This document shows, one piece after another, positions 51,271-64,000 of a stretch of 64,000 bases of DNA. Under the pieces are notes generated by a model. The model ran no database searches. It was not told the DNA's origin and worked only from the letters and a program-made list of their open reading frames with translations. Every line of letters begins with the position of its first letter. Within the stretch, counting starts at the first letter, position 1. The translations under genes were made by a program, and so were the position numbers. Source of the DNA: Sphaerodactylus townsendi (lineage: Eukaryota); contig NC_059438.1 in assembly GCF_021028975.2 (NCBI RefSeq), forward strand, positions 6,634,001 to 6,698,000, written 5' to 3'.

Positions 51271-52570
51271 AGACCAACTGTTGACCATAGTAAATGAAAA
51301 TCTAATACCCGCTAGCATACTGTATTCCACTAAGTATGCCCCTCTTTGTTTTGCCCTTAACATCATCAGGCCTGTGGCTCTTTTTATCCCCTGGATACAG
51401 TTCATTGAAAGACTGGGGATTGTATTGGCAGGCTGAGTGCAAGGATTAGAATTTCACCATCTGGAGATGTATTTTTTAATTTCACTGTTGTAATTTTAAC
51501 GATTTAACCTTATTTGGGATTCTATTTTGTATGTGTTATTTTGCTATGTTGTGAGCCGCCTTGAGCCCAACTCTGGTCAGGATTGATCAGGGTACAAATA
51601 CAATAAAATAAAAAAGAAATGGCTGCTGAGGGTCATGGGGGGGCTGCTTTGGATTGCCACTCCATGGCTAAAATGCAGAGTCTGCAGTATGCCTGCCAAT
51701 ATGTACCAAAAGTTGCAGACACTCTGTGGAATGCATAATTGTACCACACAGAAAACATCACATCACAGAAGAGTCACCCTGCCATAGGATGCTTCCGTAC
51801 AGGGATTTCCCCCTGGATTACAGTTGAATATCCACATGATTTCATGCTCTTTCTGCTCCTTCTGAGCATAATTTGTAGTATTTCCAGGATTTTCCCCTTT
51901 ATGTGTGTATGTATGTGCTGTCAAATCATAACCAACTTAGAATCATAGAGTTGGGAGAGACCTCAAGGGCCATCAAGTCTGACCACCTGCAATGCAGGAA
52001 CACACGATCAAATCACCCCAGCAAGGGACTTGCGAGGCAAGTGAGAAACGAAGGTGGTTTGCCATTGCCTTCCTTTGTCTTCCTCTGCTGAGTCTACCTT
52101 GGTGGTCTCCCATCCAGGTGCTGACCCTGCTAAGCTTCCAAGATCTGGTGAGACTGGGCTTTTCTATACCATTCCACACCCGCACCTTCCCCTTTAATCT
52201 TGGTTAAAGGGGAATTGAGGAGGGGCAGTGGGAGCTTTGGGGAAAATATCCACTATTGCCACTATAGGGGGAGGTGGAGCTCATCTCTGCTTTCATAACA
52301 ACATGGGGAGGTTAATTGCCACTCACTGTTTCCCCCTTTTCACCCTTGAAAGGGCCTTTCCCTGCTGTGCCCCACATTTGCCCCATGACTTGGTAAGGAA
52401 AGGGAGGGGGAAAGATGGTGTTTCAGCATGCAGGAACTCCTGGTGTGATCACCGTCATGCTTGTGCTTGAAGAGGAAAGGGAAGAGAAGAGGTTGCAGAT
52501 GGAGAGCAGCAGAGAACGGAGGAGGACTGGGGCTGCTAAGATGCAGTTTCTGCCCATTCCAGCGTCGCTT

Positions 52571-52780
52571 TAGGCTTGCCAGCTCTTGGTTGGGAAATAT
52601 CTGGAGATTTGTGGGCGGAGCCTGGAGAGGGCAGGGTTTGAGGAGGACCTCAGCCTGGTACCAAGGTATAGAGTCCATCCTCCAAAGCAGCCATGTTCTC
52701 CAGGGGAGCTCACCTCTATAGTCTGGAGATCAGGTGTAAAAGTTAGATCTCCATACTCTACTTGGAGGTCACTAACCCTA
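52571..52780. mobile_element. TAGGGTTGCCA-TIR non-autonomous DNA element (representative of an old, abundant family)
   Basis: Ends taggcttgccag / ggtcactaacccta; core ccaaagcagccattttctccagggg. Diverged copies near 1263, 7945, 14087, 19133, 19495, 39975, 46135, 53830, 60357 and 61235. Confidence 0.65.
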
Positions 52781-53324
52781 TGCTTTCCGCTTCTGCTTTG
52801 GTGCAAAGAGTCCAGGAAATGTCCGATTCTCAGCCTGCAAAACTCAAGGTGGGGGGTTTGCTTTCTGACTGGGTCCTTAGCTTGATTGGCAGTCCCGTTC
52901 CGTAGCACGCCAAGCCTTATGATTAATCCTGCCCTGCTGGAGAAACAGTTGTGGCCCCCACCTTGCAGAGTTGTTGCCACGCTGTGCGACTTTGTCCTTT
53001 CATTGCAATTATAACTAGTGACCTGTAAAAAAAATAACACAAAGTTAACAAATCGTGGTTGCATTAACAAGGAAAAGGTCGAATGGTTAAAATGCAGCCA
53101 GCCACTAAAAGCTTTTGCATGTTGTGCTCGCCTGACGTGTGGCTCTTGAAAGGAAAGTGAAAATGGGAGCGGTCCAAGCAGGCACTTCGCACGGAACCGT
53201 TCAACTGGCTCTGTGTGCGGTTGTTGGGCAAGGAGGGCTAAATTAGCTTAGTGTGGTGGACCATAGTAGAGACCATACTAGATTGCAAAGATGAGATTGG
53301 GCAATGGTTGCATTTGCCTCTAAT

Positions 53325-53629
53325 GGCAGTGGCATAGTGGTTAAGAGCAGGTGCATTCTAATCTCGAGGAACCGGGTTTGATTCCCCGCTCTGCCGCTTG
53401 AGCTGTGGAGGCTTATCTGGGGAATTTAGCCTGTGCACTCCCACACACGCCAGCTGGGTGACCTTGGGCTAGTCACAGCTTTTCAGAGCTCTCTCAGCTC
53501 CATCCACCTCACAGGGTGTTTGTTGTGAGGGGGGAAGGGCAAGGAGATTGTAAGCCCCTTTGAGAAAGGGGGTTATAAATCCAAAACTCCTCCTCCTCCT
53601 CCTCCTCCTCCTCCTCTTCTTCTTCTTCT

Positions 53630-53664
<35 letters not shown>

Positions 53665-53675
53665 CTTCTTCTTCT
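53325..53675 (+). mobile_element. Squam3-like SINE with (CCT)n(CTT)n tail
   Basis: Full-length; ctaatgg repeated at both flanks. Confidence 0.8.
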
Positions 53676-54139
53676 AATGGTGCATTGAATCGGATGCTAA
53701 TGAGACAGGGGTAAGGAATGGATTTCTGTTACCTCACCAACAGGGATGGTCTCAGCTGTGGTGCATCTGGAACAGTTGCTGCAGACCCCAAGGTGGGCTG
53801 GTCCATGTTAGAAGAGGTGGGGTCTGTGCCAGCTCTGGGTTGGGAAATACCTGGAGATTTGGGGAGTGGAGCAGGAGGAGGGCAGGATTTGGGGAAGGGA
53901 ATGACTTCAGTGGAGTATAATGTAATAGAATCTACCTTCCAAATCAATCATTTTCTCCAGATGAACTAATCTGTGTCAACTGGAAATCAGTTGGAATCAC
54001 AAAAGATCTCCAGCTACCACCCGGAGGTTGGCAACCTGGGTTAGGATCACTCTGCCCTGTGACCAGCTGTCCAAGGGCAGCTGTGGAGTCACCATGCTGT
54101 ATGGGGTGCAACATACAGGGAGTTTGGGGCAACCTTAAT

Positions 54140-54431
54140 TGTATGGTGTAATGGTTAAGAGCAGGTGGATTCTAATCTTGTGAACCAGGTTTGATTCTCC
54201 ACTCCTCCACCTGAGTGGCAGAGGCTTATCTGGTGAACCAGATGTGTTTCCGCAGTTCCACATTCCTGCTGAGTGACCTTGGCCTAGTCACAGTTCTTCG
54301 GAATTCCCTCAGCCCCACCTACCTGACAAGGTGTCTGTTGTGGGGAGAGGAAGGGAAAGGAGCTTGTTAGACACCTTGAGTCTCCTTACAGGAGAGAAAG
54401 ATGGGGGTATAAAACCAAGCTCTTCTTCTTT
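54140..54431 (+). mobile_element. Squam3-like SINE
   Basis: Full-length similarity to 34060-34350. Confidence 0.8.
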
Positions 54432-57400
54432 TGTGGTTGTTCCCTTACGCTGCCTTCTTCTGGGCCCAGTTCTTGACTTTTTCTGCAGGGCCTCAGAATC
54501 ACTAAGGCTGCCCCAACTTGCCGAGATCCTTTCATTTTGGGGGAAATCACTTAAGCCTTGTGTTCGTGTTTGTCTGTTTAAAATTTCATGATGGGTAAGT
54601 ACGCACAGCCTGACAGTTTGGATAATGAACATTTCACACAACAAAGAAAAAAAGAAAAAAACCCACCCCCGCCCTGTTAATATTTTTTCAGCTTTGAGTT
54701 GATCGCAAACCGCGATGGCAACATCTGCTGTGAAAACGTGAATTGTCATAATATTAGGGAGAAGGGGTGTTTGGCGCCTACTGAGATCCGTTTGTCAAAT
54801 CTGGAGATGTACATCAAGGAGGTGTGAAACAGCTCTGCTTCTACTGGAAAATGTGAATTATGAGATGGATGGTGTCACCTTAAGAAGCGACTGTGCAACT
54901 TTTTTATTTAATTTTCTTTCTTTCTGAATGATGGTATAAAATGCAAAAATAGCCACTGAATCCTTTCCTAGTGTTGTACTTCTGTGCTGGGGAAAGCTTT
55001 GACTGTTAGTTTTAGGCTGAGCAACATGTGAGAGATCCATAATTAGCATCTCTGCAACTTTTTAAGGAGCTAATTAGCACCCCCCTTGTTCTGTTTTGAG
55101 AGACAAGCCAGTTGGGAAGGAAGCATTTAACTCTTTCCTTCCATCCATGACTTAAATAGCCCCTCCTAAGCCGCAGTTAAGTCTGTGGGAAGAAAAAGAA
55201 GCATTTGGACCTCTCTCTTTTTGTCTGTGGAACCAATTGTAGCTCCAAAGGACATCCAGGTGGCACAGGGAGGCAACAAAATTCAGAACCCTTCTGTTTA
55301 AAAGTCCCCCATGGGGCCAAACAGACTTACACTGCCCTTTTAGGTGATGTCAGAAATCCACGCTTGAAGCATTTCTGGGCCGAAAATCTGGTGGAAGCTG
55401 TCTAAGGCTGGTTTTGTCCAGGACAGCCCCTAGCCTGTGCCCAGCTCCACCGGCATCCACCTTTAGGCTGGTGCATCTCTGTGGGAAGCAGGCTTTTCTG
55501 GGTCAGGCGCTGCAGAGCTCTGAGTGCCCACCCGCTTCTGTGTTTGCCCTCTCTGCTGACGTAGGTGCCACTTACTCCAGTAAGGTGGGCAAACATGCCA
55601 GCACAGCCCCCCAGTTCCAGGAGCCCCATAGCTCCTCCCCTTTTGGATTGGGCTGTAACAGAGGTGGTTTGCCTATGCGTAGCAACCCTGGACTTCCTTA
55701 GTGGTCTCACAGGCCAACCCAGCTTAGCTTTTGAGATCTGACAAGATTGGACTAGTCAGGACTACCCAGATCAGGGCGTGACAGACAGCAGAAGAAAGTT
55801 TCCAAGGGACTTGTAGCAGCAGCAAGTGCAGCCTATCTGTTATTCGCTAGGAATACCGAACTTGTTTGGTTTTTAACTGCCCATTGTTGACGCCTGTGGT
55901 GAGAGCAGCGTTTCTCCACAGGTAAGAAAAGTGGCAGTCTTTTACCACTCCAAAGGGCTTTGACTGCAGCAAGAAAAGGACTTTGAACTCTAGATTTGAA
56001 TCGACGTTCATTTTGGCTCCTACTGTGGTGAGTTAGGAAAAATGGAATAAAACCTGTTTTCCCCGCCTCTATTCTGTCCCTGTGCAGCCCATCAATTTCT
56101 CACAGCTCTTTTGCTGTTACATGGAGGGCTGACTAGGTTCCAATAAATGCAGCCATTGTCCGTTTTATTTCTGTAACCATCAGTCACCCCCTCTTGGGAT
56201 AAGATCTGTCACAAAAGACTGATTGGCAATTTTCCCCATTCATCTCCCCTCCTCACTAAATAGCCATCTTACCTCAGCTCCAATAAGGTAGCTGAATTTT
56301 AACTTATTTTCAGCAGAATGCAGCACAATGCAGTCTAGTCACTGGCGTAGCTAGGGAGACCTGGGGGGGCTCAAGCCCCGGGCACCACTTCCTAGGGGCA
56401 CACAGTAGGGCAGTGCCCCCCTTCCAGACTGAAGCTTATAGCTTGATCCAAGCCTGCTCTCAGCCAAGCTCAGACAGAGCTTGTCTGCTGTTGATCCTTT
56501 AGTTCAGGAGTATCCAACCCCTGGCACTCCAGATGTTGGGGGTGGAGCTAACACTATAAAGCTAGGGGGTTGACAACAGCTGAGCTCAGTCTAAGTCTGG
56601 TTGAGGCTGAGTAATATCCTTCTAGGCCCACTGAAAGTAAGTGGATTTAGAAGCGTGTAGCTCCTTTTAGGATTGCCATGTAAATTTGTCAGGAACAAAT
56701 GCAAAGGGAATAAACAGAGGAATGAGGAATATTGATCAATCATTTACCTATCAATACATGTCCGATTTCTTGGGGGCTTAATTTTTTTATAGCATTAGGA
56801 GAGCTCTAACTTTCTATGCCTTCCCCATTCTGTTTTTCTGCTAATAAAACTTCGAGCCATAATCTGCTGGCCAACTCTGTTTAATAATTTAAATCATCCC
56901 ATGGTGATGTGCATCAGCTCGACAGACTGCTAAACCTGGCCTGCAAAGCATTGGAATTACCGCCCAGGTGCTTTGATGCACAAATCAAATATATTGAATA
57001 GCTTCTTATGAAATAACATGATCTTCCTTTTATGAACTGAAGAAGCGATTAGATTTTTGTTTGGTAATCCTAATTAAAGTATGATGAACAGGTTTTGCCT
57101 GACTATCTAATCTCTACCTGCTGTTGTCCGTTCTAGTATTTAGTGTGAATTAGTTATTTTACAAATGACAGTCATTCGTTACAAGAAAAGTAAAGACAGA
57201 AGACTTTTGCCTTCTGCATGACACCCACTCAGGAGCCTCTTCTCATTATATTTATTCATCTGTGGATTTCCTAGGCAGCTTTTCTATATGCATAGGAGTT
57301 TCCACATACTCAGGAGACTGTCCAGGAACACACAAAAAAAGAGCCTGTAAATGTAAAATCTCCTCCACCATGGTTTGAGGGCTGAGTATGCCCATTGTCC

Positions 57401-57555
57401 CTGCGAAAAGACTGCCTCCCCATAGTCTGAGGAAAACTGAGCATGTTTCTTGTCCTAGAGGCCCAAAATGATGAGGGCAGATGAGCATTAATTAAATTAA
57501 AAAATGGGAAATAGGGATGGGAAAGTAGGTTGCTCAAGACTGTAATATCTGATAG

Positions 57556-57802
57556 CAGAGGCGTATCTAGGGAAAATGTAGCCCAGTTCAAAATCTGAGT
57601 TTTCTGCACCCCCCATGGGCAGCCACCCTCCCCCACCATGACCAAACAACATTTTTTTGTACCAGGTCTTGAAGTCAGTGTATGGACCCGGGGTGAGGGG
57701 AGGAGGAGGGGTGTGGGGGGGATGTTCCGCCCTGCACGTGACTAAATGGCCACAGTCCAGTGACATTTGACCCCATATGTCCCCCTGGGAGGTACACCCT
57801 TG
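57556..57802 (+). mobile_element. hAT MITE (CAGAGGCGTATCTAGG end)
   Basis: Perfect TSD tctgatag. Confidence 0.85.
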
Positions 57803-58134
57803 TCTGATAGAAAACCAGAGGATGTAAAGCATGCATTCTGTCCCCAAATCCACTTTCCTATGCAGCCTACTGAGGGGAGATAAAAATACCTTCTGTTCGT
57901 TGTTGGGGGCTAGAAGAGTGATCTGCAGCTGATCTAGCAAAAAAACCACTACTCAATTTATAAGGCACTTTCAGTGTAGCAACAGATTGAGCAATCAGGA
58001 AACTCCTTGGTTAGCCCAAGAACCCAAAGGTCTCTGGGTGGTGCAAATTTCTCAATTGCTTTCAGACAACCTTATAGGACCCTGACTGGGGAAACATCCT
58101 ATTATAAACTAATAGTCTCCCTGTGTGCTGTGAT

Positions 58135-58305
58135 AGCCCCGGCTTGGATAGTCCAGGCTAGCCTGATCTTGTCATTTCTCAGAAGCTAAGCAGGGTCAGC
58201 CCTGGCCAGTAATCGGATGAAAGACCACCAAGAAACACCCAGGTTGCTACACAGAGGCAGGCAATGGCAAACCACCTCTGAATGTTTCTTGCCGTGAACT
58301 CAGCT
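58135..58305 (+). mobile_element. 5S rRNA-derived SINE with BovB/Sauria-like tail
   Basis: tctcagaagctaagcagggtcagccctgg resembles the 5S internal promoter, followed by gaggcaggcaatggcaaaccacctctg. Other copies near 4809-4912, 7605-7775(-), 21180-21380, 52020-52175(-) and 55660-55775(-). Confidence 0.75.
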
Positions 58306-58938
58306 GCAAAAAAAAAAAGGTCAGTATTTTTTAGATTAGGATATATTGGACCTGAATAGATTGGCATTCCCAAATACTACATACTGGTGTGGTATTTGAA
58401 CTTGGTTTTTTCAGGGATGTGAATTTTGCGGGGTCCATTTATTCCCACGCCAAAAAGTGTCTGTCCTTTAAATAACCCCAACATTTCAAGAAGATTGGTC
58501 CAGGCCGTTTCCAGGGCAAAACCCATGCGATCACTCATCAAAAGTCTCCCAATGCAACAGAATCATTGCAGAACCCAGTAATCCCAATAGAACCGCATGC
58601 CAATATGCCTAGCCAAACAGAACCAAAATCAAACCAGAGAATCTTTGCAGTGCATCCTTCCCCAACCCTATCGAGGGCTAGGCAGGCCTAGTTTCCACGG
58701 AGAAAAATGCCCGTGAGGCATTATCACACCCTTCTAAACTCCACTCCAGCCTCAAATTTCTAGGAATTTCTTAGCTCTGAGTTGGCAACTTTAGGGGGTT
58801 GTAATTATTTCTTACATAATGAATAGGCTGTGGCAAACTCAGCATTCTTGATTCCTAAAAGCACAGAATGCAATGAAGGGTTAGTTTGAGAACCATATCC
58901 CTGAAAGTATGCAAGCACGTTTGGTCTAGGCTGTAGAC

Positions 58939-59258
58939 CAGTGATTTTCAACCAGGGTTCCGTGGTACCCTGGGGTACTGTGAGCATGTCCCAGGGCAAT
59001 GCTAACCCCCCCCCCCCTCACTTTTGTGGTGTCTCCTGCCGGCGCCAGCAAGAACATGGAGCTGGCTTGGGGCAGGGCCTGTCACAAGGTCAGCAGCAAC
59101 TTCCTCCCCCCCCCAGTTCTTCCCTTCACCCTGGGAGGGAAAGGGGGGGTGCAAGCAGGGGCACTGGGAGGGGAAGGTGGGGGTGGTGGCAGGGGTACCG
59201 TGAGACATGAAGAGTGAGGTCAAGGGTACAGTGACATCAAAAAGGTTGGTAAACACTG
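58939..59258. mobile_element. Non-autonomous hAT-Charlie element
   Basis: Ends cagtgattttcaacc / ggttggtaaacactg; perfect TSD ctgtagac. Confidence 0.88.
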
Positions 59259-62200
59259 CTGTAGACACAAACTTTGCTGTCATTTTGTGTGAGCAACAAA
59301 ACTGTAACACACAATGCAATCCTCAACAGAGTTGCTCCAGTCTAAAATCCCTTGACATCTGTAGGCTTAGACTGGTGGATTACTATGTAAGATTGTACTG
59401 GCAGTGGCGATGGTTTACATCTACACCAGACCGGAACAAGAAAAAAGAATGTGTTCCTCCTTTATTGTATTATTTGCAGTTATAAAACACTTCTATTGGG
59501 GAAACAAATGAAATTTGTTTTTATGACAAATCTGGAGAAGGCAGGGAATAATTTCAGCTTTCATTAATGCACCCAGTTCATCCTGGCTGGGGTCTCGCTG
59601 GAAATATGCTCACTGTTCTCATCAATCTGAAAATTAAGAAAGAATGTCTTTATTACTCCTCATAACTGGATGGTCCCTTCTCTGCTGGAGGCAAAGCTGG
59701 TTTATTTCAGAGCTGAGTCCATATCCAGCAAATTGTTATAATGCATCAACATTATAAATTATTATAATGCAAACTTGAATAGAATTACACCCTTCTAAGT
59801 CTGCTGGAGCCAGTGAGTTTACAACAGTGTGACTCTGCTTAAAAATGTACAGCAAGAGTCCATTTTCAAAGGGGGGAAACGATACAGTTATGAGAACAGA
59901 ATTCTTAAATGGAATCGTGGGGTGTTTTTAGTAGTCTGAAAGACAGGAGATGGATCAACTCTAAACAAGGATTTAATCGGAATTAGACTTTAAAGAAGAA
60001 GCCTGAATTCTGGGAAACACTTAAAAGGGCGTATCGATCATCCCACAAAGGAAAAATAAAAAGATCTTCAGATCTTTTGCTTTTGTAGGAACAGTAAAGA
60101 AGAGACAGGCTGCTCTTGCGAGTGACTTTGCTTCTGTATCATGTCTTTCTGCCAATTCCAGCAGGCCCGTAATGAAAGGTTTGAGCAGTGGAAAGCATTT
60201 TGCAGAGTGTGTGGGGGTGCTCAATGTACAGCAGCTGTGGCTGGGGAAGAGGGTGGCCAATTCAGTGTCAGGCTCTGAAAAAAATTGTTTCAAGAATATT
60301 TTTAGGCCACCTTCCTTCTGTGAAAAGAGCACCAGCATTTTAAAAGGTGTGCATAGTAGGCTTGCCAACCTCCAGGTGGGGCCTGGGGAGCTTCCAGAAT
60401 GACCATTGATTTCCAGGTGACCATTGATTTCCAGGTGACAGAGATCAGTTCCCCCCCCAAAAAAAATGGCTGCTTTGGAGGATGGGATTTGTGGCATTAA
60501 ACCCTTCTGAGATTTCTCCCCAAGCTTCCAAGCCCTCCCCCTAACTCCAGGAATTCTCCAATTAAAAGTTGGCAGCCTAAAAATCAGCCACTGCTGCCTT
60601 GTTCTGCTTGCTGTCATTTACAGAAGTACGGCAGGCCAAGCACATGGAGCAAGGCTTTGTTTGTTTGCTGGTGGCTCCAAATTATGGAATTCTCTGCCTT
60701 AGGAGGTTCATCCCCCCCACCCACCCCATGGCCTTCTGAAAACTATTTGGTCTGGATTCCCCCCTCCAGATGTTGGTTAATCTGGATTTCTGGTCTCTTT
60801 TCCTGTTAATTGCATCATTTAAGGGTTGTTGTTTTTTTAAAAAACTGATGCTTTAAAAAAGATTACAGCTGGTTTCATTGCAGTTTTATCCTGCTACTAG
60901 TTGATCTTTTCGATTGTTCGCTTGGCCTTTTAGAAGCACTGTTGCTATCTTTTTATTGTGCTGTGGCACTAGAGTCGCCAGGTCTCCCATGGCAGTGGGA
61001 AACCTCTAGGAAACCCAGCCATCAATATTAGAACAACCAACAACCACTTAAATAGTGTTTGTGTGTTGGGGGGAGGCAGTAATTACCTATTGCCAACCAA
61101 GGGCAGTCAGATTGACACTAAATAATGGTTAATACATTGTTTGCTTTTGCAGGATGGCCAAATGTTGGCTGCCCTGTGAACTCCAGCATAGTATGAATGT
61201 CGCAAACTGTTTTTCTGTAGCAGAGTTGCCTTCCGGTTGCCAGCCTACAGGCTGGGCCTGGAATTCTTTTGGAATTACAACTAAACTTCCAAGTACAGAG
61301 ATAGTTTCCCCTGGCATGTTCAGAAGGTGGGACTGTATGACATCACATCCCTGCTGAGTTCTGCTCTCCCCCAAACTCTGTCTTCTTCAAACACCACTGC
61401 ATTTCCAGGGATTTTCTGACTTGGAGTTGGCAAATTGCATCCCTGGTACAAAAGTCCCGGTTTGTAATAGCTGTAGATAAATGTTAAATTCAAATGTAGA
61501 AGTCCTGCCCTAATCTCCAGGGCTGGCTTGAGATAAAATATGCTAAGCCTCTAAACTATGCTAATCCTAAAAGTCTACCAAAATGTTTATTTTAATCATT
61601 TATCAAAAATTTGAAATTCATAGTGGGTTTTTTTGTACTGGGAGACCCTTCATAATCTGCAGCGTTGGGCTGTGGTTTATTGTAGCGAGCATTTGCAAGG
61701 GGATTTTGCAAAGTGCATTGAAAATGGATTGAACGTGTATTATTGAGTATGTGAGAAAGGACGCTTAAGAGCGGCCGCGACTTACCGAGGCTGCCATTGC
61801 TGGTGGGGAAGGGACAGCCTCCTAGGTGGCTGCCGCCCTCCCTGTCGCCTCGCGAGCTCCCAACAGCTCGCGAGGTTTCTGGCTTCTGTGCCACGCAGGG
61901 ACAAAAGCCTCCAGGGCGCTAGGCAGTGACGCCTGGCGCCCTGACGTCACTGGAGGAGGTGGGGCCAGGCAGCCTATTTTAGGCTGGTCCTGGCCTAACC
62001 CCTCCCCATTTTGCCGGAGCAAACACGTGTCCCACCCACCTCTCCCCGTTTTGCCATTTTGTTAATGCATGCCTAATTTGTTATAGGGTTGGCGGATTGC
62101 GCATGGGGGACTGATCTTTAGCTTGGGGGACAGCAGGCAAAAATGCCCGCTATTTGGGAACCTCCTTATGAGGTTAGGGGTCGAGCAAGCCAAGGGGTAA

Positions 62201-63173
62201 CCTGCCCAGACGTGGGCTTATATGGCTTGCGCCCCTGGCAGCAAAGAGTCTTCAGGAAGTGGCAACCGCCCATCTGGAATCTCACAGCTGCTCCAGCGTG
62301 TGTTAATTTTTCATCGGCAGGCGTGCTGAGAAAAATTTAGGTGTCTGGGGGACAGCACTCGTGCTGGCCAGCACACAGGACATAAGATCAGACCCCCATG
62401 CTGCGCCTTACGCTCTGTTTTTACCTTGAACCAATTTTGTTAATAAAATAACTTTTACCACACACAAAGTGATGTTGTATTTCACATTTATTTCATGAAG
62501 GGCTAGGAGGGTTATTAGTTACTTCCCTCAAACAGCAATTTGCATTAAGGTGTCTCTGCTAATCTTGCTTTCTTAGTAGCATTGTCACTGTCACAATGGT
62601 GCAGTTGCCAGGTGACAGGCAAAACCTGACTGATCTTTTTTACATTCATTTATTGCTGACAGCAAAGAAAGTGAGGCTTTTGGCTGACTCTGGTTCATTT
62701 CTGAAGCATGAACCATAGTTCGTTGGTTTAAGCTTTAAACTAATCATAGTTAATGGTGACACCTGCATACAGTCTTTGACACTCTAGGAGTAAACCCCAG
62801 GAAAAAAAGAAGTTTCTTTTGAGTAAATACCGGTATGCATGAGATTATACTTTGTTTTATATTTCATTAGGAGCATTAAGGTGTCAGCTGTTCCTCTCCT
62901 TTCCCCCACATTTCTTTGTAATAGGCTTATTATATTCCTGTTTATGACAGGAGATCTCCCAATCCTCCCTTCACTGTCCACTGTCCACTATCACCTGAGC
63001 CTTAGGAAGAAACTGACCAGAGAAATGAATGGGGCCTAACTATTGTCCCACAAATGAAGACACAACTTCCAATGAAATCCAGAAGCGACATCATCATCAT
63101 GTTGGGGTAAATGCTCCAGCACTCGCCCCAAACTGTAGAGTTTTTAGGCGAGTGCTAGACCATTGCCCTAGAA

Positions 63174-63691
63174 CAGTGATGGCGAACCTTTTCGAGACCA
63201 AGTGCCCAAATTGCAACCCAAAACCCACTTATTTATCACAAAATGCCAACACGGCAATTTAACCTGAATACTGAGGTTTTCGTTTAGAAAAAACGGTTGG
63301 CTCTGAGACATACATTACTCGAGAGTAAGCTTGGTGGTAGTCATTGGCTTTGCTTTGAAGCAACCGTGCAACTCTTCGAGCGGGTCAATCACGACCCTAG
63401 GAGGGTTTACCCAGAAGCAAGCCCCATTGCCAGCAACCGAACTTACTCCCAGGTAAAGGATTGCGCTTTAGTTCTTTGCATGAAAATCAGTGGGGTTTAA
63501 CAGCGCTTAACAGGGTTATCTATACTGCTTCCCCAAAACTAGGTCGTAGGTTTAATCCTAATAATTGAGCCCAGTGGCCCAGGCCAGCCTAGATCTGTGT
63601 GTGTGTGGGGGGGTAACTTTGTTTGCACGTGCCCTCAGAGAGGGCTCTGAGTGCCGCTTCTGGCACCCGTGCCATAGGTTCGCCACCGCTG
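63174..63691. mobile_element. Non-autonomous hAT element with OC1/OposCharlie-like ends
   Basis: Ends CAGTGATGGCGAACCT / AGGTTCGCCACCGCTG; perfect TSD ccctagaa. Confidence 0.85.
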
Positions 63692-63820
63692 CCCTAGAAA
63701 TGATATCATTTCCAGTTGTGCCAGATGTTGTATCATCATGACAAACATGAAGACTGTGGCCCCCATTAGGTTTCCACCTCCCTCATCTCCCATCAGCTGC
63801 TTGGCAACACTAATTTGTAT

Positions 63821-63961
63821 GGCTCATTCCGCACATGCAGAATAATGCACTTTCAAACTGCTTTCAGTGCACTTTGAAGCTGTGCGGAATGGCAAAATCC
63901 ACTTGCAAACAGTTGTGAAAGTGGTTTGAAAACGCATTATTTTGCGTGTGCGGAAAGGGCC
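63821..63961. mobile_element. PIF/Harbinger-like palindromic MITE
   Basis: Ends ggctcattccgcaca / tgtgcggaaagggcc; 3-bp TSD tat. Confidence 0.75.
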
Positions 63962-64000
63962 TATGTTAATTTATCATAATTTCTTATAGGGAAGAAAGTT

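Noticed and set aside
58150-58250. 5S rRNA gene
   Set aside because: Diverged 5S-like head fused to a LINE-derived tail, in several dispersed copies, so a SINE.
60021-60617. 198-aa minus-strand ORF
   Set aside because: About half lies in a TAGGGTTGCCA-family repeat; no recognisable domain or splice context.
46600-64000. NECAB2 exon 3 (DGKLSLEEF...)
   Set aside because: No matching sequence found by eye; probably beyond the window.

Overview
Repeat-rich vertebrate genomic DNA, most likely a squamate and probably a gecko, judged from Squam3-like, Sauria-like and 5S-derived SINEs, CR1 and L2 LINE fragments, hAT, Harbinger and Tigger MITEs, and Penelope-like elements. The one securely recognised gene is NECAB2 (+ strand): a CpG-island exon 1 (CDS 25825-26040) and a 25-nt exon 2 (46575-46599). 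I found no later exons in the window, and the first ~25 kb look intergenic. The main candidate novelty lies antisense in NECAB2 intron 1 (about 29246-31336). There, two or three phase-compatible exons with canonical GT-AG ends encode a ~160-aa, Cys-rich protein with the helix and loop layout of a short-chain four-helix cytokine and some IL-7-like motifs. Its 5' end is unresolved and may be disrupted, and its stop codon comes from a transposon. Other notable items: a Neptune-type Penelope insertion with a U-UUU-UUA -1 frameshift site joining ORF1 to the RT frame, a 190-bp hammerhead-derived palindrome upstream of NECAB2, an overlapping uORF with a (GCC)8 repeat and G-tract in the NECAB2 leader, and multi-layer TE nests with intact TSDs. 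All family assignments come from recalled motifs; no database search was run.
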